Origin: Leucoraja ocellata
Lineage: Eukaryota
Assembly: GCA_036785375.1 (NCBI GenBank)
Contig: JAWMAR010000008.1
Location: 12,276,001 to 12,340,000, forward strand
Direction: 5' to 3'
Length of the DNA: 64,000 nucleotides
Shown here one piece after another: positions 24,591 through 37,017 of the stretch (the stretch's first letter is position 1; each line of letters starts with the position of its first letter). The position numbers and the translations under genes are program-made. Below the pieces are notes generated by a model that saw only the letters and a list, made by a program, of their open reading frames with translations, did no database searches and was not told the DNA's origin.

Positions 24591-25049
24591 GTAAACATAT
24601 TCTTTACTACCCTCTAGTCCGAGCTGCGTGTTGTCTGTGTGTGGTCTGGCAGTAACACTGAGTGCAGTAAATTGATGAGATGCCTTTCGCTGAGTGGTTG
24701 CACCAGGTTACATCTGGTGTTTTCTTTTTAAGGGTCTCCTTTAAAGTGCGTGTCACAGTAAACTACTAGGAATGCGAGAGAGAGCCTTCAGAAACAAAAC
24801 GAACTCTAGTCCCCGGTCATTGTTGATAATATCACTCCCCAGTGATGTGAGAGTTCAGCACAGCAAAAATAAATCCAGATTAGCACCGGGTGGAAGTGCA
24901 TCACAAAACATCTGAGATTATGTCACCAACCACAGGAACAAACTTCAACAATTTGTGCCATCAGCCAACCCCAGAGTTGTGAAATATCCCATAATTTAGA
25001 GTAAGCACAATTTGTTTTTCTAACTATTAACTAACTCAGTCTAATTAGT

Positions 25050-25290
25050 CAGTCTAGATAGGCGTATGGATATGGATGTAGGCAGAGAAAATTAGTCATA
25101 AAGTCATAAGATTAAGCCATACAGCCCCTCAAATCTACTCTGGCATTCAATCTTGGCTGATGTATCTGTCCTTCCTAACCCCATTCTCCTGCCTTCTCCC
25201 CATAACTAATCAATAGTACTAATCATTAGTTTAACTTGGCATCAGGTTAAGCACAGACATTGTGGACTGAAGGGTCTGTCCCTGGCACGT
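25050..25290. mobile_element. Short CR1 3'-end fragments, one minus-strand piece nested in a plus-strand piece
   Basis: tagataggcgtatggatatgg...[gtcataaagtcataag...ccccattctcctgccttctccccataac]...attagtttaacttggcatc...ggactgaagggtctgt. Confidence 0.6.
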
Positions 25291-25339
25291 GCCATGAGTA
25301 ATTATAAAGTCTTCAAAAGCCATATCACTTAATAAAGTA

Positions 25340-26046
25340 CCGTATTTCCCAGCAATGACGACGCACCTGCGTCAAAAACGCACCCTCATTTTGAGTTGCT
25401 ACATTTTGAAAGAAGGCTGGCGGGACATAGAATTTTTCATGCTCAAAAAAATAAAAATAAAAATAAAGAAAGTAACAATTCAATTTGCCCAAGGCTTCCA
25501 AATCTCCTTCATTCTGAATTACTGAAAAGGTGGGGGGTGGAGGGTGACGGCAGGTGGAGAGATGGGAGGAAAAGCGGGAGCACACCGGGAAAAATTGAAT
25601 CAGTTGTGATCTTATTGAATGACAATACTAGTTCAAGGGACCAATTGGAGGGAGAGTTCCTTTCACAGTGTGTGGGGAGTCTGGCCAGGGGTAAAGTTGC
25701 GGGGAGGGCAGGAGCGTTGAGAAGGAGGGGGTCGGGGATCATGCGAATAACTCACTCACCGCTAAAGCGACGTTCCGGGCGCAGAGCCACCGCATGAGCG
25801 AGATCGGCAGGTGAGAGGAACTCTTTCCCCCCCCACCAGCGGCGCTGTCCTTTTACAGCCGCTTCCCATCAGCTGCCAGCAATGAGGGATTGACTTGGCT
25901 ATACCTCACTACAGCAACATCGTTCTTGATGTTGCTGTACTGTGGGATAGCCAAGTCTATCTTTTTTGGCTAATAACCTGACCTTCGGCCTCCAAGACGC
26001 CTTATTTTCGGGTAAAAAATAACGTCTTCATTGCCAGGAAATACGG
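25340..26046. mobile_element. Non-autonomous Tc1/mariner-superfamily (Tc2/pogo-like) DNA transposon, 707 bp
   Basis: 24-bp TIRs CCGTATTTCCCAGCAATGACGACG and CCGTATTTCCTGGCAATGAAGACG (3 mismatches). TA TSD at 25338-25339 and 26047-26048. No transposase ORF. Confidence 0.88.
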
Positions 26047-26339
26047 TATTTCAAAACATTTAGCTCAAAGATATTTACTTACCACATTATTTGTACTCGG
26101 ACTCCATTCTTCTCTGTTTCTTAAGATACTCTTAAGATAATGGCAATCCATGTTTGAAAAACCCGCCAAGAAACTTGCGCTGCCCATGCGCAGTAGGATG
26201 CTGCGCATGTGCAGTACGCAGTCCACGGTGCAAAGGCACAATTTCTTCCACCTTCAGCTCCCCTTGTCGTGAAGGCTTGAAGCAGTGTCGACTGCACGTG
26301 AGCTGCACAGATTTTCGCGTGTTTCAAGTACTGCGGATG

Positions 26340-26408
26340 AAAGGCACAGGAGTATTATGCCTACCTTAGAGATCGATCTCTTAGTAGGCATAATTCTCCT
26401 GTGTCTTT
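26340..26408. repeat. ~69-bp near-perfect palindrome
   Basis: aaaggcacaggagtattatgcctaccttagagatc|gatctcttagtaggcataattctcctgtgtcttt. Confidence 0.9.
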
Positions 26409-26689
26409 ACTATTTATATTTAATAATTACCATTTTATAATTTTAGTCATGTGCCTGGTCTGTCCATATGGTGTACTGTTCTTTGTTCTCTGTGCCCTAG
26501 TCTTCGTTCTATACTTTCCAGAATTGGTGTTATGGCATGCCTTTATGTCAGGATGTTAAAAATGAGTTTTTATGGTGGGTTTGCACACACTGAGAGGCTG
26601 CTGGGTCTGTAAAATAAATGCGAGGACTCAAAAGTTATTCCTATATGTAGATTATGTGTTGTAATTCATAGACTAGAGCATAGGAAATG

Positions 26690-27272
26690 GAGCATAGACC
26701 AGTACAGCACAGAAACAGGCCTTTCAGCCCATCATGGTTGTGCCAACCATGATACAATCAAAACAATTCCCATCTGCCTGTATGAGATCTGTATCCTCCC
26801 ATTCCCTGCCTCTTCTCATGTACATTTAAATGTCTGAAACATTCCCATCTGTATCTAATTCCTCCCCTGGCTGTGTGTTCTGGGCATTTTCTGTAAAAAA
26901 ATAAATTGCCTCACAAATCTCCTTTAAACTCTCCTCATCGTAAAGCTATCCCCTTGACATTTCCACCCAAGGAAAAAGACTGAATATCTACCTTATCTCT
27001 GCAACTTTCAATCAGTTGCTCCTCGGCTTCCAACATTTCAGAAAATACAATCCTCCCGTCTGTATACAACTCACACACCTCCAACCCAGGCATTTCATCT
27101 GGCTCTTCAAGGTGCTCTGCCGTTCAATAGGATCATGTTTGATTTGACCATGGCTTCATCTTACCAGCCCGTCCCATAACTTGGTTCTCTATCCCAAACA
27201 TCTATCTATTCCAGCCTTGAACAACACTTAATGGATGCCTCTGTGACTCTGTAGAAAAGAGAATTCCAAAGA
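26690..27272 (-). mobile_element. Old CR1 3' fragments
   Basis: catagaccagtacagcacagaaacaggcctttcagccc tail; ttgacatttccacccaaggaaaaagactg; gagaattccaaagattca. Confidence 0.7.
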
Positions 27273-27723
27273 TTCAGTGATTTAGTGATACTTTATTGTC
27301 TAGGTACAGCAAAATTCTATGTTTTTGAATACAATCGGTAAAAATCAGACAGCAGACGTCACCTTAGCAGTACACATTTCTGGCGCTGACAAAGTGTAAA
27401 AGATTCTTAGTACAATCCCTGTTTGCTCCGCTACACATCCCGGGACGACCAGCAACTGACGTCCGATCATTGCCCTGTTCAACTTTGTTCCCCGGGTGGC
27501 CTCCCGCGGCCGACCTTGCAGTAGGCCAGACCCTCAGATCCCTCTCCTCTCCGACCAGCCTCTCTCCCGTCGCATCCATCGTCGTTGTTAGATTCATCCA
27601 AATATCGATCAGTTTATTTCCTTCTACAGGGGATGTCGGATCCGCAGTTGTTTTTCATCCATCATGTTTATTTCCCTTTGCAGTCCCAATTCATTCCTTC
27701 ACAACTTACCTTTCTATATCACT

Positions 27724-27815
27724 TGTCTGAAGAACGGTCTCGACCCGAAAAGTTGCCTATTTCCTTCGCTCCATAAATGCTGCCTCACCCGCTGAGTTTC
27801 TCCAGCATTTTTTCT
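27724..27815 (+). mobile_element. PLE-derived repeat with mutated hammerhead-like core
   Basis: ctgaagaacggtctcgacccgaaaagttgcctatttccttcgctccataaatgctgcctcacccgctgagtttctccagc. Confidence 0.8.
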
Positions 27816-28219
27816 ATATCACTTTGTTTAATTAGCTAACCTGGATGTAATGCATGTGATCCCATCACCAAAGTCATTAATACTGCCAAGGTCCCCACAG
27901 TATTCTCTGTGACACCCCACCAGGTCCAGCTCATGTATCCCTACTTTATTTGCTTCCAATTAACTAACTCTTCACTTGTGCTAATATATTACCTTCAACG
28001 TTGCAAGCGCTTATCTGTGCATTAAATATCTAGTTCTTTATCAAATGTCTGTTAGAAATCATAATGTACTACAGTGTGCCTCAACTCTCTTGGGAGCTTC
28101 ATCCTCCATAGAACTTGAACAAATCTGCAAAGCATAATTTTCCTTCATAAATCCCAGTTGATTCTACCTAATTCTGTTTTGTTTTCCGTTATCCTATCAC
28201 TCCTAGAATACCGAGGGAG

Positions 28220-28400
28220 TACAGCAGCAACTGTGGAGGGAATGGATAGGCAACGTTTCAGGTTAGGACACTTCTTCAGACTTGAGTCTGAAGAGGAATT
28301 CCTACCGGAAACGTTGCTTATCAGCCTGCCCTGCTGAGTTACTCCAGCACTTTGTGCTTTGCTCAGGGTTTCAGCATCTGCAGTTCCTTGTTTGTCCACA
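28220..28400. mobile_element. Head-to-head pair of PLE-derived repeats
   Basis: gataggcaacgtttcagg...tcttcagact TG agtctgaagagg...ggaaacgttgcttatc inverted arrangement. Confidence 0.8.
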
Positions 28401-29119
28401 AGTATTAAGCTAACTGGCCAATAGTTGCCTGCTTTTTCACACTCCTTTTTGAACTGTGGTGTTACATCTGTGGTTTTCTAATCCATTGGGAACTTTCCAC
28501 AATTGGAAGATCACAACAAATGCATCCACTTTCTCTGTAGCCACTTTCTTTCAAATTCAAGCTTTAGACTATTAAGTTCAGGTGATGGTCGGTCTTCAGT
28601 CCCATAAATATGCCTGGTCTTTTTTTTCTGATGGTGACTATTTTAAATTCATTTTCCCCATTATCTCTGACAATTTTTGCAATACTTTTATTGTCGTTTA
28701 CCAAGAACTCTGATGAAAAATATTTGTATAATGTCTCGCAATTTTCTTATTTCCCATAATTAATTCCCCTCCCTCAGCTTCTAAGGGACCAGCATTTACT
28801 TTTGCTGTGCCTCCTTTCTATTTGTAGATCTTGTAATCCGTCTTCACATTCTTTGTTAGTTTATTCTCATATTCTATTTTCTCTGTTACATTAAACTTAT
28901 AACCAAACTTTGCTGATTTCCACATTTCTCTCAATTAGTAGGCTTATAGCTATTCTTCATAACAGTTCTCTACTTTTATTTTTAATCTAATACCATCCTT
29001 GCTTGTTTAGAGTAGCCACAGATGACTTCCTTTCCCTTTGAATCTTTGTTTCGCAGTGATAATTGTTTCTGTTAAGATGTGTGAAATATTTATTTAAACA
29101 TCTACTTATCTACTGCAAA

Positions 29120-30090
29120 GAACAAATTACTGGAGGAACTCAGTGGGTCAGGCAGCATCTGTGGAGGGAATGGACAGACGACACTTCAGGTCAGGACCTT
29201 TCTTCAGACTGATTGCGTAGAGGAGCAAAAGCAGGAAAAGAGACGTGGGAGTCAGTCAAGACTTGACAGGTAGTAGGTGAATACAGATGTGTTGGGGTTG
29301 GGGGGAGGTGACTGGTAGATGGATGGAGCAAGTGACAAAGGCTAGGGGTGAAAAGGAGGCAAAAGGTTGTCAGATATGGAGAGAAGAGGAGGAGTGAAAT
29401 GTAAACCCGGAGGGAGGGAGATGGGTGAAAGGGAAAAGAGGGGGGAATAAAATGGAAATATGGAATTTAGAAATGGGAAGGATGGGAGATGGCCATGCAG
29501 AGGAGGGAGAAGAAGCAGGGCGACTTTTAGACTAGAAATGCAGCGTGGAAACAGGCCTTTTGGCCCACCGAGTCCGTGTCGACCAGTAATCACCCCAATC
29601 ACTAGCACTATCCTACACACTGGGGACAATCAAACATTTTACCACAGACAATTAACCTACAATGCTGTACATCCTTGGAGTGTGGGAGGATTCCAGAGCA
29701 CCTGGAGAAAACCCAAGTGATCACAGGGAGAATGTACAAACTCCATAAAGACAGCACCTGTAGTCAGGATTGAACCCAGATCTGTGGCACTGTAGGGCAG
29801 CAACTCTACCACTGTGTCGCCCCAAGGATGGTTATCTGGGCGGGGTGAAACAGAGGGAGAAATGTGTTTGCTCTGAGGTGGGGGGATGAATGGGGAGTAA
29901 GGAGATATTCCTTGAAATTGCAGAATTCAATGTTTGGGTTGGAAGAAGGATCTTGACCTGAAACGTCACCTATCTGTGTTCTTCAGAGATGCTACTAGAC
30001 CCACTGAGTAACTCACAAACTTTGTGTCTTCCAATGTTCATACCGTTGGGTTGTAAGCTACCCCAGTGAAATGTGGTGCTGTTCCTCACT
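29120..30090 (-). mobile_element. Penelope-like element 3' fragment with nested SINE (29525-29822) and an inverted terminal copy (29940-30030)
   Basis: Minus-strand terminal repeat at 29125-29210, then a purine-rich tract. 30032-30087 in antisense encodes EEQH..SLGSLQPNGMNI (GIY-YIG C-terminus, cf. 59645-59700). Confidence 0.75.
29525..29822 (-). mobile_element. tRNA-derived SINE
   Basis: Homologous to 5748-6052: gtagtcaggattgaacccagatctgtggcactgtagggcagcaactctacc. Confidence 0.82.
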
Positions 30091-30582
30091 TCAGTGAACT
30101 TATCATTCAGAACAGTATAAATATGTTTTCATTGGTTTAATGCCTTAGTTTCAGACACAATTTTATCATCTTAAACATGTGAAATTCCAATGTATGAAAC
30201 TTCTGTCCCCAAGATCGCTATAAAATCAATAATTAATCGTCTTTCCTTATACATGGGCTGATCTAAAATCATCAGTTGGGTTGTTAAGATTTGGTTGCAG
30301 GAAATGATCTTGAATGCATCCCATAAGCTCATCTTCAAGGTTACCTTTAGCAATTTAATTTACCTAATCTATGTGAAGATTAAATTTGCGATAAATATTG
30401 CATTACATTTGATACAAATCCTTTATTTCTTGTTTGGTACTTTGCCCAATGGCCAGAGTTAAGGGGGCCAGATCTATTGCAGACATTAATTTATTTTATT
30501 TGTCAGTTCCTTTCTTTGTCCAAAAATCATCTCCTGATTTTGTAAACCAGCCTCATTTCTTATGTGTCATCCTTCATTTACT

Positions 30583-30706
30583 GTGAAAGGGGAAGTTAGC
30601 CTCTCACTGACATTCTGGAGCGTGTGAAATGGAGTAGTTAAGTTGCTTCTGGGGTTCTATAGTGGGTGAAAGGAGCAGTTAACTGTCCTGTGGAGTTCTG
30701 CAGTGG
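30583..30706 (+). repeat. Degenerate ~41-bp tandem repeat, 3 units
   Basis: gtgaaa-gg-g-agtta...ttct...agtgg recurs three times. Confidence 0.5.
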
Positions 30707-30829
30707 CTGGTTGATGGGGGTGGTAGTCATCCTTTGGGGTGCGGGGGTCTATGACTGAGGTAATAGCCCCTCTGTGTGAAACAGGTTAGGGGACATTTTA
30801 AATGAGGGAGGCTTCACTCTTCATAACTT

Positions 30830-31710
30830 TGATTGCAGATGACACCAGGATTGCTGGGGTTGCAGACTGAGAAAATCTGTCAAAGTAGACAACGGGAAAG
30901 AGATCAGCTACTTACACAGTACATGGGCAGAGACATTGTAGATGGGGCTTAATTTGAGCAACTGTGATTTGTTGCATTTTGGAAGGTTGAATGCAAGTGG
31001 AAAAATTACAATTAATGGCAAGACCTTTAACAGCATTGATGTACAGAGGGATCTGAAGTTCCAAATGCATAACTCCCTGAAAGTGCCAACACAATAGATC
31101 AAGTGGTAAAGGTGCATTGAAAACTTGCCTTCATTGGTCAGGGCATTGAATATAAGAGTCAGGAAGTCATGATGCAGCTTTATTGCACTTTGGTCAGGTT
31201 TCATTTGGAGTATTGTGTGGAGTTCTGGTAACCCCAATACAGGAAGGACGTGGAGTCTCTGGACAGAGTACCGAGGAGGTTTACCAGAATGATCCCTGGC
31301 CTGGGAGGTATTAGCTACAGGGAGATGTTTGACAGACTTGGATTGTTTTCTCTGAAATTCCAGGTTGGGGGGAAACCTGATGGATGTATATACAATTATG
31401 AGGAGCATGAGTAGACAATCAGAACCTTTTTCCCAGGATGGGAATATCAAATACTAGAGGCTATAGCTTTAAGGTGAGATGGGACAATGTTTAGAGGAGA
31501 TGTGCTGGACCAGTTCTTCACACAGTGGGTGGTGAGTGCCTGGGATGCCCTGTTGGGGGTGAGGTAGACATGATAATGTCAATTAAGAAACTTTTGGATA
31601 GGCACAGGGATATGCAGGTTTGGAGTTATGTGCAGTCAAATAAGATTTAGTCTTCGCATCATGTCTGGCAAAGACATTGTGAGCTCAAGTGTCTATTCCT
31701 GTTCTCTGTT
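30830..31710 (+). mobile_element. CR1-type LINE fragment (RT C-terminal half to 3' UTR)
   Basis: ttgcagatgacaccagg (FADDT), LHFGR, QRDL, EYKSQEVMMQLY, HLEYCVEFW remnants with frameshifts. Confidence 0.9.
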
Positions 31711-31749
31711 CCAATTGTGGAATTTTTGTCCATTAACTAGTTCCATTGA

Positions 31750-31976
31750 TCACATGAAACTGCAGATGCTGGAACCTTCATCAAAATCCAAAGTGCTGGT
31801 GAGAGTCAACGGGTTAGGCAGCATCTGTGGACAGAATGGCCAGACAACATTTCGGGTGGGGACCATTCTATGGATTATTTTGGTCTGAAGAATGACCCTG
31901 AACCGAAACATCATCAATCTATTCCCTCCACTGATGCTGCTTGGTCTATGGAGTTCTTCCAGCACTTTGTATTTTA
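31750..31976. mobile_element. Head-to-head pair of PLE-derived repeats
   Basis: aaagtgctgg...ggcagcatctgtgga...acatttcgggt followed by tctgaagaatgaccctgaaccgaaacatc...gatgctgc...ccagcactttg. Confidence 0.75.
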
Positions 31977-32129
31977 CGTTGATCTGATATGTTGTCCGGT
32001 TGTCGTCCAGAGCGATGGAGGGTGACGGAAATGCTCCAAGTCTTTGTATCTCAGCCTTTAGGGACAGCAACAGTCGAAAGGGGTTCTTTTTAATCCAGTT
32101 GGATGTTCAGGAGCACTGTTCTACTCTGT

Positions 32130-32295
32130 TTTCAAGACAGTTAGATTTAGCTCTTGGGGTTAAGGAAATCAAGGGACATGGAGGAAAAGCCAGAACGGGG
32201 TACTAATTTTAGATGATCAGCCTTGATCATATTGAATGGTGTTGCTGGCTTGTAGTATACTCCTACTCCTGCACCTATTTTCTATGCGTCTATGT
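32130..32295 (+). mobile_element. CR1 3'-end fragment
   Basis: ttcaagacagttagatttagctcttggggttaagg...gatcagccttgatcatattgaatgg...cctatttttctatg. Confidence 0.8.
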
Positions 32296-33301
32296 CCAGC
32301 TTACACACTGTAGTCATGGTTGGGATGTGGGGAAAGGCAGTAAGGGCTGGTGGGTGGAGGGTAATGTGGGTTCCCTTGTAAAAGTTAGTGCTTCAAAAGG
32401 AAATATGCCTCTCTCCCTTTGCTAATAATACTTGGCTTACAAATTACATGTCTTAAGTTTTTCCCCCGTTTCCCTGCCTCTTTCTGGTTTAGATGGTGGA
32501 TCAAAGCATTTTGTAGTGGGTACTGGCTCTATGTTTCTAACACCCATATGTTACATGAAGTTAAACAGTGCCCTGTTTGAAATGGTTCTTGAGGTGAATC
32601 GTTTAAACCAATCCTGATGTTGTATGTGTTTACATTGAGTCTGAATGGGCTAATGTCCCCAGGACTCATTGCAGTTCCAGGGTAGTGGCAGCAACCACTG
32701 TGTGCTTGTGCCAAAACAATCAAGTCCTGACCACAAAATTCAGCTCTAATTTTATGTTCTAAGGGTGCACAAAGCAGCCTGTGTGGTCTGAGCAATAGCT
32801 TGCCACTGGTGCAGCACCACAGTAAGCGGTGCCATTCACAAAGATTTGGCACGCCACATGTGAGTCTCAGAATGGAATATTTTTAATTAAAGCTAAGTGG
32901 AGTTGGTTTGAATGCAGCCTTGCTCCAGAAAGTCATGCTAATAGAGTGATCATGCTCTTAGAGGAAGGCATTTGGACGGCTGTTAGTTTTTTTTTGTAGG
33001 TCATTAAGCCCAAGCTGAACGGGGGCAGGATAAAGGGCATGGGCTTGTCTATGTTGCGTGATTGGGGGGATGCGGGCAGGGCTTGATTGGCCATGTGTAT
33101 TGGTAGAGTGGGCTCCAGGAGTAAACAAGGAATGTGGGGAGTCAGATGGGGAGATTAACATCTCGGAGTAAGGAAAGGGGAATTAGGGATGTGCCATTAA
33201 CAGCTCTGAGGGTGAGGGGTGGCGAGGACCTACTGTACTGCTGTTATAATTGCTTTACCAATTTTGCTGCTTGCTTTTCCTCTGACCCTCTTCCAGTGGC
33301 T

Positions 33302-33862
33302 ATAAGTGAGTTCTATATTCCGAAAAAAGCAAGGAATCATGGGATTTGTCAAAGGTCACAAGCGATAAACACTGTCGGCAGCCGTGCCGTGGCATGGACA
33401 CAGACCTGCGCCTCATCTGCAGCCAGGACTGAACCCGGGTCTCCAGCGCCGCAATTGCTGCCGAACCATCACTGGACCATCCCCGTCCCCTCCCGAGTGA
33501 CCCCGTCCGGGGGCAGCCAGAGACGTTGGGAGTCAGAAGTGAGCGGCACCCCCAGGCCCACAGCCAGCGAGGAGAAGCAGCGCTAAATCCAGCTCAACTC
33601 TGCCTGTCTCGCCGGGTTAACCTACAGCCCTGCCTAGACTGACGGGACACCAGCCCAGAGCCGTGGAGTTAGCGCTGCTTCTCTGTGCTGGCTGTAAGCC
33701 TGGACGGTCGTTACCGTAAATCCAGGCAGGGCTGGTAGACCCAGGATCTATCCTGGCTGCAGATGAGGCGCAGGTCTGTGTCCATGCCGCGGCACGGCTG
33801 CCGAGAGTGTTTATCGCCTGTGACCTATGGGCATGCGCAGTCGGAATACAGAACTCGCTTAT
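33302..33862. mobile_element. Unclassified TIR-bounded, CpG-rich element (561 bp)
   Basis: 22-bp inverted termini ATAAGTGAGTTCTATATTCCGA and ATAAGCGAGTTCTGTATTCCGA (2 mismatches) around a GC/CpG-rich interior. Confidence 0.7.
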
Positions 33863-34724
33863 TTATCTCTCTGTCTATGTTGATAGATTACTATTTCATA
33901 GCTTTTTATTCTCTGTTATCACAAGTGTTAACCAAATTCATAGAAACAAGGAACTCTTCAGGAGTCAGGTGTGGATTTGTCAATGACCACTGTGCGCAGA
34001 AGACTTCATGAACAGAAATACAAAGGCACTTCATACCCCTGTAGCCCATTAGTTATCTACTCAGCTTTAATTCACGTGATTCGTTCCGATGATCCAAGCT
34101 GCAGCAATGATCAGCATGCTGCGGCGTTGTTCCTGACTACGTTAGGTTATAGTCCTGCCCACGGCATCATTTAATCCAGCTTGGCAAAGCCACTGGTCAG
34201 TGAATTGAATTACTAGCGACGCAGGTTCAGATGGTGGTGGTTCAGACTCACCACAAGCAGAAGCTCTGCCAGTAACTGTCAGTGTAAAACCAATATAGGC
34301 ACTGGTGAACCATCTCTTCAGTGTGGTGGGGGTTAACCCACTCTTCTTACAACATCAACAACAGAACAGTTGAATTAAAATGTTGTCATCTGGTTCCAGG
34401 CTGCATTCCAGCCTCTGCAATTCCCACCAATCCCGAAAGGCCTGCAGACACCACGTGATGCTTTTCAAGGAACATTTTGGCATGGCCGTATCTGCAGAAG
34501 AGGAGCAGACAGTCAGTTCAGACAGACCTCATCACAGCCCACTGCTTGGACCTGTGAATCGCCACTTTGGTCAGACTCAGGAGCAATCCAATGAGGAGCA
34601 TCATGACTGAGTCGCCCTTCCCTCTCCCTCCTCCAGTCACCACACTGGGTGTACATAGATTAGGAAAGCAGGATGGTAAATTAGTTATTAGCTGCTTAAA
34701 TTTGTCCTTGGTTGCATGGGCTCA

Positions 34725-35325
34725 ATTTGATAGGAACATGTTGCAGCCTTATAGAAGTTTGGTTTCATGTTGCAATTTTATAGAACATTGGTTAGGCCAC
34801 GTTTGGAGTATAGTGTGAAGTTTTGGTTACTTCCAAACAGAAAGGGATGCTTTGGGGAAGATGCATCCAAGAATGTTGCCTGGATTAGAGAGTATTACGT
34901 AAAAGAAGAGGTTTGGATTGTTTTCACTGGAGCTTCGGAAGCTGATAGAAGTTTATAAAATGATGAGAGGCATAAATATGGTGGACAATCAGAACCAATT
35001 TCATAGGGTAGAAATGTCAAAAGCTAGCATAGATTTAAGGTGAGATGGATAAAGTTTAAAGGAGCTATGCAGGGCAAGTTTGCTTACAACACTTTACCGG
35101 GGTGGTAGTTTGTGCCTAGAACACTTTACCGGGGTGGTAGTTTGAGGCAGATAAGATTGTAGCTTTTTAAAGGCTTTTAGATAGGCACATGGATATGCAA
35201 GGACTGGAGAGACATGGATCACCTGCAGGCAGAAGTGATTAGTGGAAGTAAGCATCAGGTTCAACTGCCATTGTGGGCTGAAGAGACTGTTCCTGTGCTG
35301 CACTGTTCTAATCTCCTATGTTCTT
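34725..35325 (+). mobile_element. CR1-type LINE fragment with internal 25-bp tandem duplication
   Basis: MLQFYRTLVRPRLEYSVKFW; aacactttaccggggtggtagtttg at 35088-35112 and 35120-35144. Confidence 0.85.
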
Positions 35326-37017
35326 AAAATGGAGAGAACAGATTGTAGATAAAGGTAATGGGGCAATGGGTTCACTCAGTGTGCCGGCATAGACTTGATG
35401 GGCTGAAATAGCTTGTGTTTCCATATGAAAATATGGGAGAATTGATTTCACAGCCCACGGTTGGGAAAGTGAGGGGTGGTCTGCACCAGCTGCCTATCTG
35501 GCCTCAAATGCAAGTTCCACAAGTGCAAAGGCACCTACCACCTTTCTTATCTCCTGAGATGTGTTTTGAATCTGGGCATCAAAGAGTGTTCAGGCCCTGC
35601 CATCCACTTACCTCTTTGAAAGAGGACGGCCTTTAGTCCATCTGTCTGGCCTGATTCAAAAGCAGGCCCCAGAGATGAAGGGCCTCATCTAACCAACTGC
35701 ACCACCCAGTCCCAGTGAGGAATATTTCTTGTGAGCAGTGTGTAGAGTGTGGCAGGTGGGGTTTCCTGAAAGAGCAGCTGTTGGATATCACAGTGATCCT
35801 GAATAAACTGGAGACATTCTGAGTCTTCATCTCCCCTTCACAATGTCGACTCCCATGGTTAATTTGGAAGCAGAGCACCATTGAAAAAGGCAACAGAAGC
35901 TCTTATTTTGCGTTTGTGTAATCTACAAAACATTGAGATTGCTTAAAGCAGTTGCTGGTGTCAAAAGCATCAACAAGCCTTGGAATGTTGAAGGGCCCAG
36001 GGAGACAAGCAACCAAGCAGAGGCAGCAAGGGTGGGTAGTTAATTTGCTGCCCTTGAATGAGATGTAATCTAATGTGGGGATATCATCTCTGTCGTAATA
36101 TACAACTGGTTTTGATTCTTTTTAGATAGTTGGGTGCTTTGGGTTCCACTGGGGAATAATTCTACATGTGTTTTTTCTTGCCTGTTAACTGTTTGATCTT
36201 GAACTTTTGGTTAACAGTGTTGTTTCCTTTTTAGAACTTGTTCAACATCCCCTGAGCATTTTTGAGTGAAAACAAAATCATATGTTTGTCAGTGCACTTG
36301 GGTTGGTGTACAAGAGGTGATGAGAGAGCGATGTACGCAGACAGCCCCAAAGCACTGGCACAGCAGCCCCATTAATGATTATGGCACAGAGCTTCACTCA
36401 AAATTACCTTCTTCCTATATATTCTTTTGAACTTTCAGTGCAGAATTTGTTGAGAGTGCTGTTGCCAGGATTTTACTTGTTGCACGCCAGAAATTCTTGA
36501 AACGAGTTCAGTGCTGTCAATTTATGTTAAGCATGATCTCAGTTTGTCTTTAAAATGCTCAATAGTATCAGAAATCTATCTTGATTCATTAATTGTTTTC
36601 AGGGACAAGCCATTTTTAAACTATGAACTTCCTTCAGCAAGAGCATGAAACCCAATACAGGAACCGTGTGAAAGCTTCAAAGCATGGTTGTTGCTTGTCT
36701 GATTTATTGTTTAGGAACCGATACACTAGAGAGAAATTTTCACTTAATCCTGGATGTCCAAACTATGATCCATCAGCCTTATTTACTCTTGTATTTCTTA
36801 CTAACTGGTTTTTCCGTGAATTTTACGTCGGTGAAGCTTAGGAGAGCAGTGCTGGTAGCTCCATCGACTCAATACTGAAAGTGTATGAGTCGGAACATGG
36901 CCTTAATGCAGTGCATGTTTAACCAATTTAGTTCCACAATAAAGTCCTAGCTAGTGGAGGCAAAATGCTGGATAATATCATACTTATATTTGTCAAGAGT
37001 GTTTAATTATCATACGT

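Noticed and set aside
30908-31450. 180-aa minus-strand ORF and similar antisense ORFs (2886, 37393, 53876)
   Set aside because: Antisense readings of CR1 ORF2.
35088-35144. 25-bp exact direct repeat with 32-bp period
   Set aside because: Local duplication inside a decayed CR1; not a TSD and no functional indication.
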